Below are positions 43,011-51,500 of a stretch of DNA of 64,000 nucleotides, one piece after another (position 1 is the first letter of the stretch; each line of letters starts with the position of its first letter). The stretch covers positions 24 through 64,023 of the forward strand of contig JACPOW010000076.1 of the NCBI GenBank assembly GCA_016191335.1. Direction: 5' to 3'. Under the pieces are notes generated by a model that ran no database searches, was not told the origin of the DNA, and worked only from the letters and a program-made list of their open reading frames with translations. Position numbers and translations under genes: made by a program. The stretch comes from Elusimicrobiota bacterium (GTDB lineage: Bacteria > Elusimicrobiota > Elusimicrobia > UBA1565 > UBA9628).

Positions 43011-44525
43011 ATGAAGATCTGCCTCGTCCGCCCCCCGTCGATCGTCAACCCCGTCTCCTACATCGCGTCCCTGACGCCCCCCATCGGCCTCGCCTACATC
43101 GCCTCGGCCCTGCGCGAGGCCGGCCACGAGGTCGTCCTCATCGACGGGATCGGCGAGAAGCCCCTTCAGAGCGTGCCGATCGCCTACAACCTCGTCCTGC
43201 GCGGGCTGACCTTCGACGAGATCTGCGAGCGCATCCCGAAGGACGCGGGCCTCATCGGCGTCTCCGGCATGTTCTCCTCGGAGTGGGTCCACATCCGCGA
43301 GTTGATCAACAAGATCAGCGCCGCGCGCCCGGGCATCCCGCTCGTCGCCGGCGGCGAGCATTTCACCGCCGAGCCCGCCGTCAGCATGAAGCAGTGCCCC
43401 GGGCTCTCCGTCTGCGTCCTGGGCGAGGGCGAGGAGACCATCGTCGAGGTCGCGGCCGCGCTCGAGAAGGGCGGCGACCTCAAGCTCGTGAAGGGCCTGG
43501 CCCTGCGCGACGGCGACGGCGTGCTCCTCACCGGGGAGCGCGCGCGCATCCGCTCCGTGGACGCGATCGCCAAGCCCGCCTGGGACCTCATCCCGCTCAA
43601 GGCCTACTGGGACAACTTCCTCTCCTACGGCGTCAACCGCGGCAAGAGCATGCCCATGCTCGCCTCGCGCGGCTGCCCGTACCAGTGCACGTTCTGCTCG
43701 AACCCGGTGATGTGGACGACGCGCTGGATCGCCCGCTCGCCGAAGCTCGTCCTCGACGAGATCGAGGACTACGTCAAGCGCTTCGGCGTCAGCAACGTGG
43801 ACTTCTACGACCTCACCGCGATCGTCAAGCGCGACTGGATCCTGGAGTTCGCCAAGGGCCTCGTCGACCGCAAGCTCGGCATCACCTGGCAGCTGCCCAG
43901 CGGCACGCGCTCGGAGGCCATCGACGCCGAGGTCTCCAAGTGGCTGTACGCCTCGGGCTGCCGGAACATGAACTACGCGCCCGAGAGCGGCTCCGAGGGC
44001 AGCCTCAAGCGGATGAAGAAGAACGTCAGCATCCCGAGGCTCACGCAGTCGCTGCGCGACGCGGTGAAGGCGGGGCTCAACGTCAAGCTCAACATCATCA
44101 TCGGCATGCCCGACGACACGCACCTCGACACCTGGAAGACTCTGTGGTTCCTGGTGAAGATGTCCTGGCACGGCGCGCACGACGTCTCCGTGGGCGCCTT
44201 CTCCCCCTACCCGGGCTCCGAGCTGTACGCGCGCCTGGTCAAGGAAGGCAAGATCAAGCACGACGACGAGTATTTCGACAAGCTCGCCTACGTGGACATC
44301 ACGGAGACGGTCTCCTACACGGACCACATCTCCTCGCGCTGGCTGCGCATCTACAACTGGCTGGGCTTCGCGGTGTTCTACGGGAGCAACTACCTGTTCC
44401 GGCCTTCCCGCTTCCTCACGACCATCCGCAACCTCCGGACGGGCCATCACGAATCCCGCGGCGAGATGGCCTTGAGCGGCATCCTCAGCCGCATGAAGCT
44501 GGCGCCGCCGGTCAAGAAGGTCTGA
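43011..44525 (+). CDS. B12-binding-domain radical SAM protein
   Basis: N-terminal cobalamin-binding-like part MKICLVRPPS..PPIGLAYIASALREAGHEVVLIDG. Radical SAM motif ASRGCPYQCTFCSNP (CxxxCxxC). 504 aa. Confidence 0.85.
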   Translation: MKICLVRPPSIVNPVSYIASLTPPIGLAYIASALREAGHEVVLIDGIGEKPLQSVPIAYNLVLRGLTFDEICERIPKDAGLIGVSGMFSSEWVHIRELINKISAARPGIPLVAGGEHFTAEPAVSMKQCPGLSVCVLGEGEETIVEVAAALEKGGDLKLVKGLALRDGDGVLLTGERARIRSVDAIAKPAWDLIPLKAYWDNFLSYGVNRGKSMPMLASRGCPYQCTFCSNPVMWTTRWIARSPKLVLDEIEDYVKRFGVSNVDFYDLTAIVKRDWILEFAKGLVDRKLGITWQLPSGTRSEAIDAEVSKWLYASGCRNMNYAPESGSEGSLKRMKKNVSIPRLTQSLRDAVKAGLNVKLNIIIGMPDDTHLDTWKTLWFLVKMSWHGAHDVSVGAFSPYPGSELYARLVKEGKIKHDDEYFDKLAYVDITETVSYTDHISSRWLRIYNWLGFAVFYGSNYLFRPSRFLTTIRNLRTGHHESRGEMALSGILSRMKLAPPVKKV

Positions 44526-44529
44526 CGCG

Positions 44530-45606
44530 GTGATACAACGGGTCGCGGTGGTCGGCGCCGGGACGATGGGAGCGGGAATCGCTCAGCTGTGCGCCCAATC
44601 GGGGTTCTCCGTGAAGGTGCACGACGCGCTGCCCGCGGCCCTCGCGGCGCTGCCGGGACGGCTGAAGACGGCCTTCGACACGGCGGTGCTCAAGGGGAAG
44701 CTGACGACGCAGCAAGCCGAACGGGCGTTCCACTCCATCTCCGCGGTGAACGACATCAACGACCTCGCGGGGGCCGATCTGGTCATCGAGGCGGCGCCGG
44801 AGGACCTGGGTCTCAAGCAGGATCTGTTTGAAAAGCTCTCGGAGGTCTGCCCGGACGGGCTGCTGGCGACGAACACGTCGTCGCTCTCGGTCGCGGACAT
44901 CATGAAGAGGGCCAAGTCGCCGGAGAGGACTCTCGGCGTGCACTTTTTCAACCCCCCCGTCGCGATGAAATTGGTCGAGATGATAAGAACGGACAGGACC
45001 TCGCCGGAGGCGTTCCAAGCGGCTTGGGAGTTCCTTTTGATGGGCCTTCGCCGTACGCCTGTCGATGTGAAGGACGTGCCGGGGTTCATCGTCAACCGCG
45101 TGATGAGGCCCTATTACGTAACGGCACAACGGATGGTCAATACCCAGACGAGCTGCGCCGCCGTTGATGAAGGAGCGCGAGGCATTGGCGGCGTGCCCAT
45201 GGGCCCATTCGAATTGATGGATCTGATCGGGCTGGACACGAACCTGGCCATTACGACGGCCATCTATGAGGCTCTGGGGAGACCGGAACGGTTTGAGCCG
45301 CCCGCCCTCCAGAAGAAGCTCGTGGCGGCGGGCGAGCTTGGGCGGAAGACCGGGAAAGGATTCTACGTCTACGACAACGGCAAGAAGATCGGGGAGAACC
45401 CGCGGGTCATTGCAGGTCTCCCTTCGGGAGACCTTTTAACGGCGAAAGACATTTGGGGTGACCTTGCGGGGGCCATCATATTAGAAGCTGAACGGCTTGT
45501 CTCTGAGGGAACCGCCGGTAAATCCGACATCGATACAGCGGTCAAGCTCGCCATGAATTTTTCTAAAGGACCTTTTGAATGGCAAAAAGAAAACACGGCG
45601 GCGTAG
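44530..45606 (+). CDS. 3-hydroxyacyl-CoA dehydrogenase (Hbd/PaaH-like) with C-terminal extension
   Basis: GTG start. Rossmann motif VAVVGAGTMGAGIAQ, ..ATNTSSLS.., HFFNPPVAMKLVE, GFIVNRV. Confidence 0.9.
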   Translation: MIQRVAVVGAGTMGAGIAQLCAQSGFSVKVHDALPAALAALPGRLKTAFDTAVLKGKLTTQQAERAFHSISAVNDINDLAGADLVIEAAPEDLGLKQDLFEKLSEVCPDGLLATNTSSLSVADIMKRAKSPERTLGVHFFNPPVAMKLVEMIRTDRTSPEAFQAAWEFLLMGLRRTPVDVKDVPGFIVNRVMRPYYVTAQRMVNTQTSCAAVDEGARGIGGVPMGPFELMDLIGLDTNLAITTAIYEALGRPERFEPPALQKKLVAAGELGRKTGKGFYVYDNGKKIGENPRVIAGLPSGDLLTAKDIWGDLAGAIILEAERLVSEGTAGKSDIDTAVKLAMNFSKGPFEWQKENTAA

Positions 45607-45803
45607 CGGCGAAGAAGAAGCTCCCCACCCTTTTAGAGCTCCTGAAGAAGGACCAGGCGCGGGTGATGAGCGTGCTGCACAAGCACGGGGTCTATTTCGA
45701 CGCGGGCACCTACATCACCTTGATCGCGAGGCTCGACAAGGTCGCGGCGTATCACGCGGTGCCCAACAAGAAGAAGTTCTTCGCGGACCTGCTCGGCAAG
45801 TGA
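45579..45803 (+). CDS. Small basic hypothetical protein (74 aa)
   Basis: MAKRKHGGVAAKKKLPTLLELLKK... High GC3 in this frame. It overlaps the hbd 3' end by 28 nt, and its TGA overlaps the dipeptidase GTG (GTGA). No family recognised. Confidence 0.4.
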   Translation: MAKRKHGGVAAKKKLPTLLELLKKDQARVMSVLHKHGVYFDAGTYITLIARLDKVAAYHAVPNKKKFFADLLGK

Positions 45804-46960
45804 GGGCCGCCGCGGCGCTGTGCCTGGGGCTGCTCGCGCTGCCCGCCGCCGGCGAGAACCTGATCACGGCGCAGGCCGAGAAGAGGGTCAATAAGGTCCG
45901 GGCCCGTCCCCCCTACGCGGTCTCTCCCGCGGCGCGCGCGCTGCACGCCCGGCTGCTGGTGGCGGACATGCACGCGGACCCGCTGCTCTGGGACCGCGAC
46001 CTGCTCAAGCGCAACGCCCTCGGCCACGTCGACGTCCCCCGCCTCGTGGACGGCGGCGCGGCGCTGCAGGTGTTCTCCATCGTCACGCACGCCCCCAAGG
46101 GCATCAACATCAGGAGCAACGACGCGAGCCAGGGCGACCTGATCACCGCGCTGGCCGTGGCCTCGGGCTGGCCGCGGGCGACGTGGAAGAGCAAGCTGGA
46201 GCGGGCGCGGCACGAGGCGGCGACCTTCGACGGCGCGGTCAAGCGCTCCGGCGGGCGGCTCGTCGCCATCCGCTCGCGCGAGGACCTGTCGGAGTACCTG
46301 GCGGCGCGCGGCACGGGGACGGTGGCGGGCCTCCTGTCGGTCGAGGGCGCCCAGGCCCTGGACGGGAAGGTCGAGAACGTCGCCGCGCTGTACGGCATGG
46401 GCGTGCGCATGGTCGGCCTGACCCACTTCATCGACAACGAGGTCGGCGGCTCCGCGCACGGCACGAGCCGCGCCGGGCTGTCGGAGGTCGGCCGGAAGGT
46501 CCTGGCGGCCCTCGAGGAGCGGAGGATGATCGTGGACCTGGCCCACGCCTCGCCCGCGCTGATCGACGACGTGCTCGCCCGCGGCAAGACTCCCCCCGTC
46601 GTCTCCCACACCGGCGTGCGCGGGACCTGCCCCAACGAGCGCAATCTGAGCGACGATCAGCTGCGCCGCGTCGCGGCCAAGGGCGGCCTGATCTCCATCG
46701 GCTTCTGGAGGATCGCGACCTGCGGCGACGACGCGGACGCCGCGGCGCGGGCGATCGTCCACGCCGCGAAGGTCGCCGGGGCGCGCCATGTGGCCCTCGG
46801 GTCGGACTTCGACGGGGCCGTGGCCCAGCCTTTCGACGCGTCGGGGCTGCCGCTGCTCACCCAGGCGCTGCTGAAGCAGGGGATGCCGGAGAAGGACATC
46901 GCCCTCGTCATGGGCGGCAACGCGCTGCGGTTTCTCGCCGAGAATCTCCCCGCTCGCTGA
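45800..46960 (+). CDS. Membrane dipeptidase (peptidase family M19), secreted
   Basis: Start trimmed to the GTG at 45800 (VRAAAALCLGLLALPAAG signal). VADMHADPL, GLTHFIDNEVGGS, IVDLAHAS, PVVSHTG..ERNLSDDQL, ALGSDFDG. Confidence 0.85.
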   Translation: MRAAAALCLGLLALPAAGENLITAQAEKRVNKVRARPPYAVSPAARALHARLLVADMHADPLLWDRDLLKRNALGHVDVPRLVDGGAALQVFSIVTHAPKGINIRSNDASQGDLITALAVASGWPRATWKSKLERARHEAATFDGAVKRSGGRLVAIRSREDLSEYLAARGTGTVAGLLSVEGAQALDGKVENVAALYGMGVRMVGLTHFIDNEVGGSAHGTSRAGLSEVGRKVLAALEERRMIVDLAHASPALIDDVLARGKTPPVVSHTGVRGTCPNERNLSDDQLRRVAAKGGLISIGFWRIATCGDDADAAARAIVHAAKVAGARHVALGSDFDGAVAQPFDASGLPLLTQALLKQGMPEKDIALVMGGNALRFLAENLPAR

Positions 46961-47005
46961 ACTGTTTCCGGAAACAGTCGGCGGACCCGCACCGGTGCGA
47001 GTCCG
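46961..47005. terminator. Tandem palindromes between the convergent dipeptidase and HAD genes
   Basis: ACTGTTTCCGGAAACAGT (46961..46978; same core as 25123..25140), then CGGACCCGCACCGGTGCGAGTCCG (46982..47005; one mismatch). Confidence 0.5.
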
Positions 47006-47008
47006 CTC

Positions 47009-47725
47009 CTAGCGGCGGAAGTCCTTGATGCGGTGGACGCCGGCGTGGAGCTCGACGGGCTTGCCGGAGTGCTTCGTCTCGAGCAGGAAGTGCCGGCCCT
47101 TCGGGAAGCGCTCGACGAACATGTTCACGTGCGCCGGCTCGTTCTCGAAGGAGCCGACGACCGTGCCCAGCTCCGCGAGCTTGTGCAGGGCCTCGTTCTT
47201 GAAGGCGAAGTCGGGCGTGTCGAAGCGGGGCTTGAGCACGAGGGTCGCGCCCTTGCCGTCGGGATCCGGGAAGCGGTGGCGCAGGAGCGAGGCCTCGGTG
47301 CCCTCGCGCATGCCCTCGTCGCGGCCGGTCATGTAGAAGGCCCGTCCGCCGCGCGCGATCACCTCGGCCGCGTACTCCGGGCCGCCGGCGATGATCGAGT
47401 CCTCGAGCAGGTACGGGTTCTTGAAGAAGCGGGCGAACCAGAAGTCGCGCAGGTCCTTGGCGAGCTTCTCCTCCAATCCGTGGTCCTTGGCGGTGTCGGC
47501 GATCGAGTAGCGCAGCTTCTCCCGCGCGATGCCGCGCAGGACGCCGGCCGAGCGGGCGTCGCTCTCCTCGATCATCGCCGCGAACTCCGCGAGGATGCGC
47601 AGATGCCGGTCGGCCGTCGAGAACAGGGTGTCGTCGAGGTCGAAGACGACGATGGCGGTCCCCCGCTTCGCGGCGGCCGCCGTCTCCTCGAGGAGGGCGT
47701 CGAGCAGCTCGGTCTGGGTCTTCAC
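47009..47725 (-). CDS. HAD-superfamily phosphatase-like protein
   Basis: Start trimmed to the GTG at 47725, which overlaps the MFS stop (GTGA). DxDxT motif VVFDLDDTLF, ..FYMTGRDE.. 238 aa. Confidence 0.65.
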   Translation of the reverse strand: MKTQTELLDALLEETAAAAKRGTAIVVFDLDDTLFSTADRHLRILAEFAAMIEESDARSAGVLRGIAREKLRYSIADTAKDHGLEEKLAKDLRDFWFARFFKNPYLLEDSIIAGGPEYAAEVIARGGRAFYMTGRDEGMREGTEASLLRHRFPDPDGKGATLVLKPRFDTPDFAFKNEALHKLAELGTVVGSFENEPAHVNMFVERFPKGRHFLLETKHSGKPVELHAGVHRIKDFRR

Positions 47726-49092
47726 GCGCGGCGGGTGTTCTGCGGGGTCGCGTGCCAGATGCGCCGCAGCAGCAGGAAGCCCATCAGCGCGAACGGCGCC
47801 ATGAACACGGGCCAGAAGGTCCAGTTCCGCGTCGTGATCCAGCCGAGCGCCAGCGACTGCACGCCGGTGCCGAGGTAGACGAACCCGTCGATGATGCCGA
47901 CGGCCGTCGCGGCGGACTTGCGGCCGCCGAAGTCCATCGTCGCGGTGCCGGAGAGCAGGCCGTGCGTGCCGATCACGCAGATCGACATCAGGAAGACGAG
48001 GAAGCCGAGCGCCCAGCCGTCGCCGTTGAGCGCCGGGATCATGCACAGGGTCGCGACCGTGGCGACGCCGTACAGGAAGCCCGCGGCGGGGGCGCGGCGC
48101 GACTGGAAGAGCTTGTCGCTGACCGTGCCCGCGAACACGCCGCCGATGATGCCGGCGACCATGAGCATCAGCCCCCAGTTGTCGGAGGTGTACTTCCAGC
48201 CGCCGGAGAAGCCCGCGGCCATCTTCTCCTTGGCCAGGATGCGGTACCAGTGCATGACGCCGTTGCGGATGATCCCGGTGCAGAACTCGGTCAAGGCGAT
48301 GGTCATGATGACGGGGTGCGTCAGCATCTGCTTGACGATGCGGGAGACGGGCGGGACCTCGTGGGTCACGTCGCCCGACGACGCGTCGCCGGTGTCGAAG
48401 TCCTCGAAGCCGGCCTCGGACGGGCGGTCCTTGAGCAGGACGAGCTCGATGAGGAAGAAGGCGCCGAGGAGCGCGGCCGGGGCGAAGAAGGCCCAGCGCG
48501 TGTGCTCGGGCAGGATGGGGCCTCCCCCCGCGACGAACTTGAGGATGCGGTCGCAGACGTCGAAGGCGAGCCACAGGCCCGTGGAGATCATGATGCCGAA
48601 GATGCCCGAGAAGGTGCCGCGCTCCCGCACGTGGAACCAATGCGCGTTGACCTTCACGATCGCGACGGCGCCGTAGCTCTGGAAGTACATGTTGACGCCG
48701 TACAGCGCCGAGAACACGAGGGTCAGGTGCGCGGCCTTCGGGTCGGGGAGGCCGAGGATGTGAGTGAGGTACAGGCCCATCGCGAGGTTCGCGGCCGCCG
48801 CGCCGAACGAGCCGATGAGCATCGCGCGCTTGCCTCCGATCTTGTCGGTGATCGGGCCGTTGACGAGGAAGGCGAGCGCGTACACCCAGGCGCCGACGCC
48901 GAAGATCGTGCCGAAGTCGGCCTTGCTCATGAGGTCGCCGAGGGCGGTCTTCGAGACCGTGAGGTTGTACCGGCCCATGTAGAGGAGGGCGTAGGTCAGG
49001 CCGAGAGGGAACCAGTTGAACAGGCGGCGGCGCTGATAGGCCGCGGAGTGGACGGGGGCGGGGATGTGATGCTCGGTCGAGGGGATGCTCAT
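47722..49092 (-). CDS. MFS transporter, organophosphate:Pi antiporter (GlpT/UhpC-like)
   Basis: ..YMGRYNLTVSK.., ..FLVNGPITDKIGGKR.. (motif A), 12 TM segments. The overall pattern resembles the OPA family. Confidence 0.8.
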   Translation of the reverse strand: MSIPSTEHHIPAPVHSAAYQRRRLFNWFPLGLTYALLYMGRYNLTVSKTALGDLMSKADFGTIFGVGAWVYALAFLVNGPITDKIGGKRAMLIGSFGAAAANLAMGLYLTHILGLPDPKAAHLTLVFSALYGVNMYFQSYGAVAIVKVNAHWFHVRERGTFSGIFGIMISTGLWLAFDVCDRILKFVAGGGPILPEHTRWAFFAPAALLGAFFLIELVLLKDRPSEAGFEDFDTGDASSGDVTHEVPPVSRIVKQMLTHPVIMTIALTEFCTGIIRNGVMHWYRILAKEKMAAGFSGGWKYTSDNWGLMLMVAGIIGGVFAGTVSDKLFQSRRAPAAGFLYGVATVATLCMIPALNGDGWALGFLVFLMSICVIGTHGLLSGTATMDFGGRKSAATAVGIIDGFVYLGTGVQSLALGWITTRNWTFWPVFMAPFALMGFLLLRRIWHATPQNTRRA

Positions 49093-49107
49093 GGGGAGAT
49101 TTTACCT

Positions 49108-50301
49108 CTATTCCGCGCCGGGCCGACGCGGACGCAGGAGCAGGCTCAGCGCCGCGCCCGCGACGGCGAAGGGGATCAAGGTCCTGGTCCAGGACGCCCA
49201 GCCGCCGCGGTCGATCATCGCTCCGACGAGGAGGATGGACAGGCCGCCCGCGGCGTGATGGACGCCGTCGAACAGCCCGGCGACGGCCCCGGCCGAACGG
49301 CGGCCGCCGGCGTCCATCGCGGCGGCGCCGCTGAGCAGGGCGTGGAGGCCGAAGGAGGCGGCGCAGGCCGCGCCGAGGAAGGCGAGGGCCGTCCCGGGCT
49401 CGAGGGCCCGGCCCAGGCCGAGCAGCGCTCCGGTCAGCGCGGCGAAAAGGACGGCCGCCGGGGGGCCGCGCCGTCCGCCGAAGGCCTTGTCCGACAGGAA
49501 CCCGGCGAGGAGAGGGCCCGCCGCGGCCCCCCCCGCGGCCGTGGCGAGCGCGGCGCCGGACAGCGGCGTCCCGAGGCGGATGTGGTGCACCTCGTTCAGG
49601 AACTGGGCGGACCAGCCGAGCAGGCCCCAGCGCGCGGCGCCGGCGCAGGCCTCGAGCGCGGCGGGCACGAGCACGTCCAGGCGGCCGCGGAACGACAGGA
49701 CCTCGGCGAGGGCCGGGCGGGGCTCGTCGACGGCCTCGCCGCCGGGAGCGAGCAGGGCGGCGCCGAAGGCCAGGAGCGCGGCGCCGGCGGGCAGCAGCGC
49801 GAAGGCCGCGGCCGGCAGGCGGGAGCCGAGCCACAGCCCCGCGGGCAGGGCCACGAACTCGGCCGGGAAGGCGAGCGCGCCGTAGAGCCCGGCGTGCCGC
49901 CCCCGCGTCCCGGGCTCGAGGCGCGCGGCGTTGATCCGGGCCGCGGCCGGCCCGGCGAAGGCCAGGAAATAGCACAAGGCGGCCTGGAGGATCGCGACCC
50001 CGACGAACATCGTTCCCTCTCGTCCGCCCAGGAAGATCGACCCGAGGGCGAGGGCGGCGGCGACGGCGCCCGCCGCCGCGTCACGCAGGGCGCGCCGCGC
50101 GCCGAACCGGTCGACGAGCGCCCCCGCGAAGCCCGCGGTCAAGGCGCGCGTCCACAGGCCCAGGCCGACGGCCAGGGCGAGCTGGTGCTTGGTCAGCTCG
50201 AGACGCGCGTCGGACGCCGCCGCCGCGGGCAGGGCGCCCGCGGCCAGCCCGAGGAGAAGGGCGGCGACGGCGAGGGCGGCGGTCCCGAGCGCCTGGCTCA
50301 T
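49108..50301 (-). CDS. MFS transporter (Ala/Gly-rich, substrate unknown)
   Basis: Start trimmed to the ATG at 50301 (ATGA overlap with the PLD stop). GALVDRFGARR motif A, about 12 hydrophobic segments. Confidence 0.65.
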   Translation of the reverse strand: MSQALGTAALAVAALLLGLAAGALPAAAASDARLELTKHQLALAVGLGLWTRALTAGFAGALVDRFGARRALRDAAAGAVAAALALGSIFLGGREGTMFVGVAILQAALCYFLAFAGPAAARINAARLEPGTRGRHAGLYGALAFPAEFVALPAGLWLGSRLPAAAFALLPAGAALLAFGAALLAPGGEAVDEPRPALAEVLSFRGRLDVLVPAALEACAGAARWGLLGWSAQFLNEVHHIRLGTPLSGAALATAAGGAAAGPLLAGFLSDKAFGGRRGPPAAVLFAALTGALLGLGRALEPGTALAFLGAACAASFGLHALLSGAAAMDAGGRRSAGAVAGLFDGVHHAAGGLSILLVGAMIDRGGWASWTRTLIPFAVAGAALSLLLRPRRPGAE

Positions 50302-51500
50302 CGCCGGGGCTTCGGGTAGTCCTTCAGGATCTGCAGCGGCTCGGCGTACGGCGAGCCCCACAGGTGGGCGTGCATCCTGGCGGCCCGGGCGGCGAGCGCC
50401 TCGTCCTTCACCACGACCTCGAGGTTGCGCGAGGCGTCGAGGTAGCCCCCCGCCCAGTTGCTCGTGCCGATCCAGGCGGTCTTGCCGTCGGCCACCATGT
50501 ACTTGGAGTGCGCGGTGCGCGAGAACGGGATCGGGCCCTGCTTGGCCTCGGGCACGGTGATGACGCGCACCTCGATGCCGGGGACCAAAGACAGGCTCTT
50601 GAGGTGGACGACGGACTGCTCGTCCGTGTTCCAATGGGAGACGAGCAGCTTCACCTTCACCCCGCGCACGGCCGCGTCGCGCAGGGCGTTGTCGATCGGC
50701 GGATAGAAGCGCTTGGGCCGGGCGTAGGTCGTCGGGTTGTAGTCGAGGAGCTGGATGTCGAGCTCGGCCTTCGCCTCGCCGATGAGGCGGACGAGCTCCG
50801 ACTCCGAGTCCCCGATGCCCGCGGGGTTCTGCCGCCAGGGGCTGGCGACGAGGTAGGCGCGAGCGGAGCGGTCCGCGTCCTTGGACGCCGGAGCGAGCGG
50901 CGGCTCCGGCTTGAAGCCGAGCTCGTACACCCTCGGGTCGGCCTCCTTCCAGTCGTGCTCGAACACCTTCTGGACGTTCGCGACGATGGAGCCGTCGCCG
51001 ATCCTCAGCCCGACCTCGTGGACGTGCTTGAGCGCGCGCCAGTCGAAGTTCTGGCTGCCGACGTAAGCCTGGGTCGAGTCCACGACGAAGAACTTGGCGT
51101 GGATGATCCCGTCGCCGTTGACCTTGGACCAGTCGAGGATGCGCAGCTCGAGGCCGGGGATGGACTTCAGGCGCGCGATGCCGTCGAGGGAGTTCTTCTC
51201 GAACTTCTTCTCGAGCAGGACGCGGATCCTGACGCCGCGCTTGGCCGCGCGTTCGAGGGCCTGGAGGGACTGCTCGAGGGGCTCGCCGGTGGACGGCGTC
51301 ACGTAGAACTGCTCGATGTCGATCGTCTTCTTCGCCGCGTCGAACATCGCGGGCCAGACGTCCTGGGCCAGGCGCAGGTCGGGCTCCGACAGGGTCGTCT
51401 CGACGGGGTACGAGTACACGAGCTCGAAGCCGGGCACGGAGAATTCCGCGCGGGCGGTCGTCGCGAGCAGGGCCAGCAGCAGCGGGGCGAGTCGGATCAT
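50298..51500 (-). CDS. Secreted two-HKD phospholipase-D-superfamily protein of the PLD3/PLD4/poxvirus-K4 type
   Basis: Start trimmed to MIRLAPLLLALLATTARA (signal; ATGA overlap with the upstream stop). HKD1 is IIHAKFFVVDSTQAYVGSQNFDWRAL and HKD2 is AHSKYMVADGKTAWIGTSNWAGGYL. The inter-motif text (FYPPIDNALRDAAVRGVKVKLLVSHW) parallels human PLD3 as I recall it. Confidence 0.8.
   Translation of the reverse strand: MIRLAPLLLALLATTARAEFSVPGFELVYSYPVETTLSEPDLRLAQDVWPAMFDAAKKTIDIEQFYVTPSTGEPLEQSLQALERAAKRGVRIRVLLEKKFEKNSLDGIARLKSIPGLELRILDWSKVNGDGIIHAKFFVVDSTQAYVGSQNFDWRALKHVHEVGLRIGDGSIVANVQKVFEHDWKEADPRVYELGFKPEPPLAPASKDADRSARAYLVASPWRQNPAGIGDSESELVRLIGEAKAELDIQLLDYNPTTYARPKRFYPPIDNALRDAAVRGVKVKLLVSHWNTDEQSVVHLKSLSLVPGIEVRVITVPEAKQGPIPFSRTAHSKYMVADGKTAWIGTSNWAGGYLDASRNLEVVVKDEALAARAARMHAHLWGSPYAEPLQILKDYPKPRR

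Noticed and set aside
25122-47005. Whether the recurring palindromes could be a CRISPR array or tRNA-like genes
   Set aside because: Only one or two copies occur per site, with no regular repeat-spacer periodicity and no cas genes. None folds into a cloverleaf or carries the conserved T-loop (GTTCRANNC) in a cloverleaf context. I found no tRNA, rRNA or CRISPR feature in the window.
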